From the IMG/VR virus record IMGVR_UViG_3300006467_001879: a stretch of 20,000 nt of DNA, one strand, 5' to 3'. Positions 8,044 to 16,077 of this stretch are shown in pieces. The notes under the pieces are model-generated. The model was not told the DNA's origin. It made no database searches and saw only the letters and a list, made by a program, of their open reading frames with translations. Origin of the DNA: an uncultured virus (IMG/VR IMGVR_UViG_3300006467_001879) (lineage: Duplodnaviria > Heunggongvirae > Uroviricota > Caudoviricetes). A program made the translations under genes and the position numbers. Each line of letters begins with the position of its first letter. The stretch's first letter is position 1.

Positions 8044-8676
8044 ATGCAAAAAAGTTTAACAAGGTCGAAATACGCACAAAATCGCATTGCCTACATCGTG
8101 TATGGCAATCCGGATGGGGCACGCAAGTTTTTGTTTGACCAAGGGTATCATGCTCCAAAGAACATTCACGATTTAGTGAAGGCAACTAAGGAACTGGTGA
8201 AAACGGAAGGCAAAAGCATTGTTCCGCACTTGTTAACTATTCATCCGGAAAAAGATTTGATTTTGAAACTAAACCAACCAAAGGAAGATAGCTTTTGCGG
8301 TTCATGTGGCAGCAGCTCTTTTAATCCTGAATCCAACTTTTGCGGGGCTTGTGGCAACAGCAATTTTGGTGGTGATTCCAACTTGGATGTAGGCGACTAC
8401 ATTGATCAAATGGTGGATATGACCACTTCCCAATTGGAAAAACATTATCAGGAAGTATTGGCAGCCTCCAATAAAAAGCCGGAAGACTTATCCCTTATGG
8501 AAGAAGTTCAACTGGTTTGGAATGAATTAAGACAGCGAAAACTAACTGCTGAATCCCCAAAAAAGGAAGAACCCAAAGACAAAGACCGCTTTTCTGTTTC
8601 AAAAGACGGATTAGTGATTTTGGGGTTAACACTGGTAGCCGGTGTACTCATCGGATCCTCCATAAAAAGCAACTAA
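8044..8676 (+). CDS. Hypothetical protein with two FCGxCG repeats and a C-terminal TM
   Basis: DSFCGSCG and SNFCGACG; C-terminal GLVILGLTLVAGVLIG. Confidence 0.8.
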   Translation: MQKSLTRSKYAQNRIAYIVYGNPDGARKFLFDQGYHAPKNIHDLVKATKELVKTEGKSIVPHLLTIHPEKDLILKLNQPKEDSFCGSCGSSSFNPESNFCGACGNSNFGGDSNLDVGDYIDQMVDMTTSQLEKHYQEVLAASNKKPEDLSLMEEVQLVWNELRQRKLTAESPKKEEPKDKDRFSVSKDGLVILGLTLVAGVLIGSSIKSN

Positions 8677-8677
8677 G

Positions 8678-9247
8678 ATGATTAGAATAGTCAAAGAGGA
8701 AAATACACAGGTACTCAATCAGCAATCCAAGGCTGCTCTATCCTTAATTGGTGTAGCCGTAGCTAAAAATCCAAAGCCCTATAAAATGCTTTTGGATAGA
8801 TATGGCATTCAGGTTCCAACAAGCGATAAAATATCTCTAGCTAATGGATTGGTTGAAGGTTTAGCCCTTCAAAACAAAACATTCAATCGGGAGCTAACCG
8901 AGCTACTCAGTAATATGGTAGAATCGGAAACCGCCTATAATCCTGATGAAGATGAATACCATTATGTACAAGCCATAGCCGGAGCAATTGCCGGAATATC
9001 CGGAGCTGTGGGAAGTATCGTTGGTGGCAAGAACAAGCAGAAAATGGCAAAGGAAGAAGCTCGCAGAGAAATGCTGAATAACATGCTTGCCATGAAAGCC
9101 CAGGAACAACAAGCTGCTGCCGAAGAACGCAAGTTGGCAGGCAAGAAAAGCCTATACCTCATAATCGGAGTGTTGGGCTTACTAGGGATCATCGGCTTCT
9201 TCTACTTCCGGCAAAGAAAAAATTTAATCAATACAAATCCTTCATAA
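8678..9247 (+). CDS. Hypothetical membrane protein with Gly/Ala-rich helix, coiled coil and C-terminal TM
   Basis: AIAGAIAGISGAVGSIVGG segment; LYLIIGVLGLLGIIGFFYF followed by RQRK. Confidence 0.8.
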   Translation: MIRIVKEENTQVLNQQSKAALSLIGVAVAKNPKPYKMLLDRYGIQVPTSDKISLANGLVEGLALQNKTFNRELTELLSNMVESETAYNPDEDEYHYVQAIAGAIAGISGAVGSIVGGKNKQKMAKEEARREMLNNMLAMKAQEQQAAAEERKLAGKKSLYLIIGVLGLLGIIGFFYFRQRKNLINTNPS

Positions 9248-9257
9248 ACGATAGATC

Positions 9258-9677
9258 ATGGAAATAAGCAATTATAACTACGGAATAAGTGGTCAGCCTA
9301 CAAACGAGTGGGACAACTTTTTATGCTTTGGTAGAAAATGTAAGCAAGGAAAAGCCGAAAGGCATAAGCTTAGAATGGAAAAGCGAAAGCTAAAAAATGA
9401 CCAAAGGCGTGCTGAGACAGAATCTATGAGAGCAGAAACAAGCTTAACGAAGCAATTGGCTTCGCCAACATCTACTCCAACTCCGCAGATGGCTCCACAA
9501 ATGATGATGCAACAAGCACCACAACCAACATCAACGGCACAAGCTCCAGCTCCACAAGTGCAAAAAGCAGGTATGGGAAGTCCGGTAATGATTGTCATCG
9601 GTTTGCTTGTAGTTGGAGGTTTAGTGTATCAATCCATGAAGAAAAAAGAGGCTGCTGCTCCAGTACAAACTGCTTAA
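9258..9677 (+). CDS. Hypothetical protein: basic tract, P/Q/T linker, C-terminal TM
   Basis: EWDNF, then K/R-rich helix, low-complexity linker and VMIVIGLLVVGGLVY. Confidence 0.8.
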   Translation: MEISNYNYGISGQPTNEWDNFLCFGRKCKQGKAERHKLRMEKRKLKNDQRRAETESMRAETSLTKQLASPTSTPTPQMAPQMMMQQAPQPTSTAQAPAPQVQKAGMGSPVMIVIGLLVVGGLVYQSMKKKEAAAPVQTA

Positions 9678-9687
9678 AATTTAAGTT

Positions 9688-10236
9688 ATGATAGCTGCAA
9701 ACCCGATATATGAATTACAGTTTTATGGAGGTCTTTTAGAAGAGGAAGACAACTTTGTTGATGGCTTAGGAAATGAATTTGAGTACGATGAATTCATTGG
9801 TAAGTGGATCAAAAAAAGAAAGGAAAAGCGAAGCCAAAATCCTAAAGTCATTGCTCGAAGAGAAAAAAGGGATGAAAAACGAATTGCCAAAGGCAGAAAG
9901 CCTAGGTTTAGTCGTCCTGCTCCGGTGCGAACTTCCAAACCGGTAGTAAAGCAAGTTGCTCCCGATTTACCTCCAAAGAAGGAACCAATATTGAGTGAAC
10001 CACAAGTGAAAAAAGCTATGGTGGAGAGCTCTTCTAAATCAGAAGAACCAAGCACTAAACCGATGGAACAAACCGAAACAATTGCTTCGGAAAGCACTAC
10101 GAATTTAACAGCCGAAAACACAGAAAACCAACCACAACAAGCCTCTATGCTGCCTTTTGGCATGAGCAAGAAGACCTTGGTTTTTGTGGGTGTTGGTGTG
10201 GCTGCATTGGTAGTAATTGGAATAATCAGAAAATAA
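9688..10236 (+). CDS. Hypothetical protein: acidic leader, basic tract, linker, C-terminal TM
   Basis: EEEDNF...EYDEF, then KWIKKRKEKR...; terminal LVFVGVGVAALVVIGII. Confidence 0.8.
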   Translation: MIAANPIYELQFYGGLLEEEDNFVDGLGNEFEYDEFIGKWIKKRKEKRSQNPKVIARREKRDEKRIAKGRKPRFSRPAPVRTSKPVVKQVAPDLPPKKEPILSEPQVKKAMVESSSKSEEPSTKPMEQTETIASESTTNLTAENTENQPQQASMLPFGMSKKTLVFVGVGVAALVVIGIIRK

Positions 10237-10245
10237 TGAATAAGC

Positions 10246-10473
10246 ATGGACATACTCGCTCAAATAACGGAAGAAGAAGCAACAACCAACGGAAACTTAC
10301 CCCAAGGTTTTCTCTTCGCCTCCATCAAGAACGTGGGAACAAGCACAGCTCTTGTGAACAATGTGCCTTTGCCTCCGGGAGAAGCCAAAAGCTACCCCTT
10401 TGTAGGAAAAGGTTATCAGGCGGTAAACTATGAGCCACAAGGTTCTACACTTAGAATATTAAGAATCCTATAA
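10246..10473 (+). CDS. Small all-beta protein (possible minor virion/vertex protein)
   Basis: 75 aa, beta-rich, ASIKNVGTSTALVNNVPLPPGEAKSY; fits the operon spacing. Confidence 0.65.
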   Translation: MDILAQITEEEATTNGNLPQGFLFASIKNVGTSTALVNNVPLPPGEAKSYPFVGKGYQAVNYEPQGSTLRILRIL

Positions 10474-10562
10474 ACAGGCAATGCCTGAGATAATTATTGA
10501 GAGACTTTGGCAATTCTAATAAAGTGAGAAGCAAATAGCAACAACATCAAAATAGCGAAACA

Positions 10563-10982
10563 ATGATTGCAGGAGAAACAGAATATATCATACATGGTGG
10601 AGAAGATAATTACGATTACTTCTTGAAAAACCTGTTTAAGAAAGATCCCAACAAACAGTCAAAACCCAAACGTACTGCCGAAGAAAAAGCAGCTCGAAAA
10701 GAGCAACGCCAACAATGGTGGGGAAAGCAAAAAGAAGGTTTTCAAAAAGCCGGAGGTGTGGAAGGTATTACCAGTACCCTAGGAAATATTGTAGGCTTTT
10801 TTAAAGACGATACACCAACGGATTATGATGTTTCCATGGGTGGACAGCCTGCCCCTGAACCTGAGAAAAAAGGCATTTCAAAAGAAGTAATGATTATCGG
10901 AGGAATAGCCGTGCTAGTGATTGCTGCATACGGCTTTTCAGTCATGCAAAAGAATAAGAAAGTACAAATCCAGTCCGCTTAA
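10563..10982 (+). CDS. Hypothetical protein: acidic leader, basic tract, amphipathic helix, C-terminal TM
   Basis: EDNYDYF, then KNLFKK...KPKR; VMIIGGIAVLVIAAYGF; TAATG coupling to the next gene. Confidence 0.8.
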   Translation: MIAGETEYIIHGGEDNYDYFLKNLFKKDPNKQSKPKRTAEEKAARKEQRQQWWGKQKEGFQKAGGVEGITSTLGNIVGFFKDDTPTDYDVSMGGQPAPEPEKKGISKEVMIIGGIAVLVIAAYGFSVMQKNKKVQIQSA

Positions 10983-11788
10983 TGTTAGTACCAGTACCAA
11001 CACATAACAATCGTTTTGTTTTGAAGGTAGGAATTAAAGCCCTTCGACCGGTCATTATTGCCCTTAAAGGTTATGATGCCCACAGAGCTAATTCCTATTA
11101 TTTCAGAAGAAAGGTTCCTTTCAAGCCCTCGGCAATGAGAGACGGCATGAATTACAAGGAAATCTCTATTCCAATGCCTTTGTCTCCTGAAACTTTGTTG
11201 GTTGAAATTTACAATAGCGAGTCCGGTGAAGACAATGGCTATGTAATTGAAAAGTTTGAATTGGAAAAACTGGATGCTTCTGAGGTTTGGGCTCAACCTG
11301 CCATGCATCGCTTCATTGACTTTGCTCAAAACTTTGCGAAGTATAGTGGTACATACAAGCCCGGATTTTTCGATTCACCCGACCATGAATTTTTGATTCA
11401 GTTACTACCAGTCATTAAAGACCAGTTTGGCAATACCATGGTAACGCCTGCTAGAACCAACCGTCAGACCGGTAGAATACAGGTCTCAAATCAGGCATTC
11501 AAACACTTTACCATTCCGGTAAGGATGTTTGTGTTATTGCATGAACGCCAACATTTTCAAATACCGACACGAGAAGAACGTCCGGCAGACCTTGCTGCAT
11601 TAAAGCTCTATTTGGATCTACAATACCCAAAAATTGAGGCGGTGTACGCTGCTACAAAAGTATTTGCCATGCACCCTGAAACCGTGGGAAGTCAGCATGT
11701 AACAAGAGCTCAGGACATTATCAATTTCATTGACAGGTATCGCAATACCCAAGAAATTATGTTAAACCACAAAGCCAAAGCCGTATGA
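10982..11788 (+). CDS. Putative zinc metalloprotease (HExxH) with N-terminal beta domain
   Basis: FVLLHERQHF followed by EERPADLAAL, an ExxAD third-ligand motif as in M48/M78-like zincins. Confidence 0.65.
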   Translation: MLVPVPTHNNRFVLKVGIKALRPVIIALKGYDAHRANSYYFRRKVPFKPSAMRDGMNYKEISIPMPLSPETLLVEIYNSESGEDNGYVIEKFELEKLDASEVWAQPAMHRFIDFAQNFAKYSGTYKPGFFDSPDHEFLIQLLPVIKDQFGNTMVTPARTNRQTGRIQVSNQAFKHFTIPVRMFVLLHERQHFQIPTREERPADLAALKLYLDLQYPKIEAVYAATKVFAMHPETVGSQHVTRAQDIINFIDRYRNTQEIMLNHKAKAV

Positions 11789-13521
11789 ACAGCAAACAGA
11801 AAATAGGGTTATTGGGAGCTTTGGCGGTGGTTGGCACAGGTTATTTCCTTTTCAAAAATGACAAGGATGAAAAGACAATAAGCACCACAGACAAAGAAAC
11901 TAAGTTGCACGGTGATGATACCGAAAGCAACTTTATTGGTATTTCCAATGCTCGTATTCATCAGGCATTAATGGCTCAAAACCCCAACTATGCTAAAGCG
12001 TATAAAAAGGACTTAAAAACATGGGGAACAGTATCGGGCGTGATAGATGTTTCCAATGACTTTGATGAAGCCAAACGCAAGAAAAAGAAATTAAAAGCCT
12101 TTGCCCAAAAAGCATTGGAAGTTCAGAAGAACTACAAGGAAAAGGCTGCCTATTTACCCGAAATATCCAAAACACAAATTTCCCTTACCAATAATGGGAC
12201 TTCAGTTAGAACCGTCAATTTATGGGGAGCTAATATGGCTACTTCTATCAGTAAGCCATTACCCGAAGATGTTCAGGATCACAAGGTAAATCAAGAAGTA
12301 CAAACAGGCATACATCCTCAAAATGTAGGCTTCAATTCGTTCAATGGATTACTGTATGTAGCCAATCAGTTGAGCGATAGTATTACTATCATGGATAAGT
12401 CGGGAGCAATTGTAAAAACCGTTGCTTTGGGTAGTGTTTATCCCGGATTTGTTTCTCCGGTGGATGTTGCCTTTAACCCTTCTAATGGGGAAGCATGGGT
12501 AGTATGTTCGGTTGAGAATACAGTTAAAATATTGGATGCTACGCATAACATCATTCAAACCATTCCAGTAGGCAATCGACCAACTTCCATTGCTTACAAT
12601 CCTGAAAATAGCTGTTTTTATGTGAGCAATTTATTGGATGATACGCTTTCCAAAATTGACAGTACTAGCTACAATGTAGTAGTGACTTTAAATACCGGAG
12701 AAGATCCAAGAACAGTTTCGGTATGGACTGAACAAGGAACGGTTTGGGTAAGCAATTCAAGTTCAGATTCAGTTAGTGTTTTTGATGCAGCCGATAATCT
12801 GCTAAATGAAATAAATGCCACAGGAGATTATCCTACGGAGTTTACCACAACAACAAGCAGCCTGTTTTTGATAACCAAGAACAGCAAAGAGTTACTGGAA
12901 CTCAATCCGCAAACGCAAAATATTGAAAACACCTATCCACTAGGGTTTCAACCAAGTGGATTGGTCTATAATCCGGTTAATGGATTTTTATACGTGTTGA
13001 GCAGTCAAACTGGCTTAACCTATATTTATTCCACTACCGGAACACGTTCAGAGACTTTGTCGCTAAACAATGCACCAAACATTGGAATAGCTGCCTTACC
13101 AAATGGCGAGGTATTTACAACCAATACAAGTGGTGGCAACCTTGCTTTTATCGGTTATTCCGAAAGCAGTAGCGACATTACAATAAATGAAAGTTACCCT
13201 GAAAAACGAGCGGAATTTCAGTTCAAACCTGCATTGGTTAAACATGCCAAGTTTGTGTTTTCGGATGAAAACCGAGCAAGTGGCTTAAAACTGATTCACC
13301 AAAGTCCAACAGGGAAACAACACGTTACCCCGATTTCATTCAACAATTACAAAAGTCCACAAAACTACCTCGATGTAGCGGAAGTAACAGCCGTTCGTGG
13401 TGATGTGATTGATGGAAAATCAACATGGGAGTTTAAGATAGCTCCTGGACAGACCATTACCATTTTGGTCTATTACAAACAGCTTCAATTCAAATATTTA
13501 ATACCAACAATTAAAATTTAA
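11785..13521 (+). CDS. Membrane-anchored YVTN/YncE-type beta-propeller protein, with the propeller inserted in a domain paralogous to ORF 7050
   Basis: N-terminal TM; repeats LYVANQLSDSITIMD, FYVSNLLDDTLSKID, VWVSNSSSDSVSVFD and IPVGNRPTSIAYNP; flanking segments align with ORF 7050. Confidence 0.85.
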   Translation: MNSKQKIGLLGALAVVGTGYFLFKNDKDEKTISTTDKETKLHGDDTESNFIGISNARIHQALMAQNPNYAKAYKKDLKTWGTVSGVIDVSNDFDEAKRKKKKLKAFAQKALEVQKNYKEKAAYLPEISKTQISLTNNGTSVRTVNLWGANMATSISKPLPEDVQDHKVNQEVQTGIHPQNVGFNSFNGLLYVANQLSDSITIMDKSGAIVKTVALGSVYPGFVSPVDVAFNPSNGEAWVVCSVENTVKILDATHNIIQTIPVGNRPTSIAYNPENSCFYVSNLLDDTLSKIDSTSYNVVVTLNTGEDPRTVSVWTEQGTVWVSNSSSDSVSVFDAADNLLNEINATGDYPTEFTTTTSSLFLITKNSKELLELNPQTQNIENTYPLGFQPSGLVYNPVNGFLYVLSSQTGLTYIYSTTGTRSETLSLNNAPNIGIAALPNGEVFTTNTSGGNLAFIGYSESSSDITINESYPEKRAEFQFKPALVKHAKFVFSDENRASGLKLIHQSPTGKQHVTPISFNNYKSPQNYLDVAEVTAVRGDVIDGKSTWEFKIAPGQTITILVYYKQLQFKYLIPTIKI

Positions 13522-13525
13522 AACA

Positions 13526-14020
13526 ATGGGAAAATTAAACTATCTGGTCATTCACTGTACCGCAAGTCCTGAAGGCAAAGAGCTTACTAAGGACGATATT
13601 ATTCGCATGCACACTAACCCAAAACATTTGGGAGGAAGAGGTTGGAATCGTCCGGGATATTCCGACATCGTGTACCTCGATGGAGAGCTTGTAAACATCA
13701 TACCATTCAACCAAGACGATCAAGTGGATCCATGGGAAATATCCAATGGAGTACGTGGCATCAATGGTAATTCAAGGCATGTGGTGTATGTAGGTGGTGT
13801 TGATGAAAGTGGAGAAAAGCCAAAAGACACAAGAACTAAAAAGCAAAAAGGCACTTTAGAAACCTATGTAAAGTTCATGGTATTACGTCATCCGCATATT
13901 CAGGTTTTAGGACATAATCAAGCTCCCGGAGCAAGCAAGGCTTGTCCAAGTTTTGATGTTCCTAAGTGGTTGGAAAGCATCGGTATTTCAGAGGTAAACA
14001 TTTACAAAGAAGAAGACTAA
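13526..14020 (+). CDS. N-acetylmuramoyl-L-alanine amidase (Amidase_2, T7 lysozyme-like)
   Basis: YLVIHCTA, GW..PGY, YVGG, LGH and KACPSFDV motifs. Confidence 0.92.
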   Translation: MGKLNYLVIHCTASPEGKELTKDDIIRMHTNPKHLGGRGWNRPGYSDIVYLDGELVNIIPFNQDDQVDPWEISNGVRGINGNSRHVVYVGGVDESGEKPKDTRTKKQKGTLETYVKFMVLRHPHIQVLGHNQAPGASKACPSFDVPKWLESIGISEVNIYKEED

Positions 14021-14205
14021 TGAGAACGGTAATCACATTGGCAATAGGCTTTTGGCTAGGCAGGCAAATCTACATTAAGTTCGACAAACAAACGGCTCTT
14101 AAAAAGGAAGAGCAAATCAAAAAACGCTTGAAGTCCTTTTTGGAAGATAATGGCTTAACCAAAAGTGAAGTGAAAGAAACCACGGAAGAAATTATAGGCA
14201 TATAA
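14020..14205 (+). CDS. Small protein with N-terminal hydrophobic anchor (start revised from 13966)
   Basis: ATG overlaps the amidase stop (TAATG); MRTVITLAIGFWLGR..., 61 aa. Confidence 0.7.
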   Translation: MRTVITLAIGFWLGRQIYIKFDKQTALKKEEQIKKRLKSFLEDNGLTKSEVKETTEEIIGI

Positions 14206-14228
14206 ATCAATCCCAAAAATCAGAAAAC

Positions 14229-14702
14229 ATGGTAGGAGCAGTTGCAGGAGCAAAAGCCGTTGAAGGCTTATCACAAAACAAGGCTACCCCTTACATCATA
14301 GGGGGAATTATCCTCGTGGGTATTGGCATTACTTATTTTGGAGTGATACGCCCGATTCTTTGCAAAACTGGAATAGCCGACTGTAAAAGCAGCAAGAAGA
14401 TTCGAGACATTATGAGCTACAAAGGCTTTGATCCGAATTATGCTCGTCCTGAAAAAATCACGCTTTCCCACGATAGAGCAAAACAACTGGCTACCCAAAT
14501 TTATGATGCCGGTTCCTGGTATAATGATGATGAAGGAGCGATTTATTCTGCTTTGGAAGAAACCGGAAGTGCTGATAACCTTTCCCTGATTTCTCGAATG
14601 TTCAGTGCCATGAAATATGGCAGTTTGGCTGAATACATCACTTATTACCTAGATGATCCCGATGAAGTGGCACGAGTAAAAGACATTTTAGAAAGCTATT
14701 AA
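14229..14702 (+). CDS. Membrane-anchored protein with an annexin-like repeat
   Basis: TM YIIGGIILVGIGITYFGVI. AKQLATQIYDAGSWYNDDEGAIYSAL...ISRMF...YGSLAEYI resembles the annexin repeat (A..L..A..G.GTDE.AI..IL...Y...YG.SL). Confidence 0.6.
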   Translation: MVGAVAGAKAVEGLSQNKATPYIIGGIILVGIGITYFGVIRPILCKTGIADCKSSKKIRDIMSYKGFDPNYARPEKITLSHDRAKQLATQIYDAGSWYNDDEGAIYSALEETGSADNLSLISRMFSAMKYGSLAEYITYYLDDPDEVARVKDILESY

Positions 14703-14713
14703 CCTTTAGAATT

Positions 14714-15121
14714 ATGGATGCAAAGACAAAGAAATATTTAATCATAGGTGGCGTAGCAACGGTCGTTGTAGCACTTGCAGGATTTGGAGTTCACAAGTTT
14801 ATCAAGAACCGAAAAAACCGCACTACAAGTGGCAAACAAAAAGAACGAGAAGAACAAAAGCTCATTGGTAAAAAGGTGCATTACGGATCGGAAGGTTATG
14901 TCAATGTAAGAAGCTCTGCCAAAGTGGATAATGAGAACTGGACTACTATGGATTTCTCGCACAACCTATTAACACAAGCAGAAAGTAATCCTGTGGGAAC
15001 CATTTTAGAACGCCTCAAAGGTGAAGATGGCTATTACTGGTACAAGATAAAACTGACCAAGCCTGTGGGAAGCAAAACCGAAGGCTATGTGCGTGAAGAT
15101 GCAGTTGTTGTTCAATATTAA
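14714..15121 (+). CDS. Membrane-anchored SH3b-like domain protein
   Basis: N-terminal TM; YVNVRSSA...GYYWYKI...EGYVREDAV. Confidence 0.75.
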   Translation: MDAKTKKYLIIGGVATVVVALAGFGVHKFIKNRKNRTTSGKQKEREEQKLIGKKVHYGSEGYVNVRSSAKVDNENWTTMDFSHNLLTQAESNPVGTILERLKGEDGYYWYKIKLTKPVGSKTEGYVREDAVVVQY

Positions 15122-15133
15122 ACCCTAAAAGAC

Positions 15134-15514
15134 ATGAAGAAAGAGACAATTAAACTGGATAATAAAATGCTATGGATCGGAGCTGGACTGGCAGTTACAG
15201 CAGCCGGTTTTGGCGTATGGTATTTTCTGAAAAAACGAAAAGAGAAACAGCAATTTGCTGCAAGCATTAAAGGAACAACCACTTCGAGCAGTTCTTCAGG
15301 AGTTCGCTCATTTAGTTGCATGTATTCCGATAGCAGCTTCCCATTGAAATTCGGAACCTGTGGAACCAATGTGAAGAAGCTCCAAAACTACCTAAACTCA
15401 AAAGGATCAGGAATAGATACAGATGGCAAGTTTGGTCCGAAAACAGAAGCAGCAGTTCAGAAGGTATTTGGCACTAAAACGGTGTCTCAGGAGAAATTCA
15501 AAACGATAAGCTAA
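15134..15514 (+). CDS. Membrane-anchored peptidoglycan-binding (PG_binding_1) protein
   Basis: N-terminal TM; PLKFGTCGTNVKKLQNYLN...DGKFGPKTEAAV. Confidence 0.85.
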   Translation: MKKETIKLDNKMLWIGAGLAVTAAGFGVWYFLKKRKEKQQFAASIKGTTTSSSSSGVRSFSCMYSDSSFPLKFGTCGTNVKKLQNYLNSKGSGIDTDGKFGPKTEAAVQKVFGTKTVSQEKFKTIS

Positions 15515-15518
15515 TACT

Positions 15519-15719
15519 ATGGAAACAGAAGAAAGAACAGGCATAAAAAACTATTTGGACAATGTGTTTAGCGATGATGGATTAAAAACCGACATCAAAA
15601 TCACAATGACCGATGAGACATTGAGAAAGACAAGCTTGTACCTAGTGGGTTCAGGCTTGGTGATTACGCTCATCGTTTTTGGTATTCGAGGAATTGTAAA
15701 AAATATGGAAGCTCAGTAA
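15519..15719 (+). CDS. Small protein with C-terminal TM
   Basis: 66 aa; LYLVGSGLVITLIVFGI; TAATG coupling to the next gene. Confidence 0.75.
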   Translation: METEERTGIKNYLDNVFSDDGLKTDIKITMTDETLRKTSLYLVGSGLVITLIVFGIRGIVKNMEAQ

Positions 15720-16066
15720 TGAATAAGAAGGTTGTTGCATTATTCGCTATATCCGTTTTTGCCGGAGCCGGTTATGTGGCTTGGGCGTATTCTCCTTTGG
15801 GAAAAACGATCATTTCTAAACGCCTATTAATTCGTTGGGAAAAGGATTTAAAAGTGGACAAGGCAAATAAAGATCTTCTTGAAAAAGAGCTCAAAGTATT
15901 GGATTACGAACAGCATGTTTTACTATGGAATTTAACTCGATGGCATTTAGCCAAACCTTCCGAGAGGAAAGAGAAAAAGCTCAAAAATTTGGCTTTGCAG
16001 CTAAACGAATCGGGTATAGAAAAGCATGCAGCCCTCAAACAGATAACAGATATGCTCCAATCATAA
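15719..16066 (+). CDS. Hypothetical protein with N-terminal TM
   Basis: MNKKVVALFAISVFAGAGYVAWAY followed by a helical, charged region. Confidence 0.75.
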   Translation: MNKKVVALFAISVFAGAGYVAWAYSPLGKTIISKRLLIRWEKDLKVDKANKDLLEKELKVLDYEQHVLLWNLTRWHLAKPSERKEKKLKNLALQLNESGIEKHAALKQITDMLQS

Positions 16067-16077
16067 ATGCAAGAATT

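Noticed and set aside
7023..8185. Minus-strand ORFs 7023-7367, 7045-7254, 7244-7531, 7425-7631 and 7583-8185
   Set aside because: Antisense shadows of compositionally biased + strand genes, with no recognisable motifs.
8903..10253. Minus-strand ORFs 8903-9112, 8962-9192, 9293-9598, 9723-10253 and 9766-9954
   Set aside because: Antisense to well-formed operon genes; their hydrophobic or Cys-rich look mirrors the Lys/Gln/Ala codons on the + strand.
10236..10433. 65-aa ORF overlapping 10246-10473
   Set aside because: It has a TAATG-coupled start, but the 10246 frame gives a more protein-like beta-rich sequence. Not fully excluded.
10474..10562. Intergenic AGGCAATGCCT palindrome as a terminator
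   Set aside because: Only a 5-bp stem with a 1-nt loop and no U-tract.
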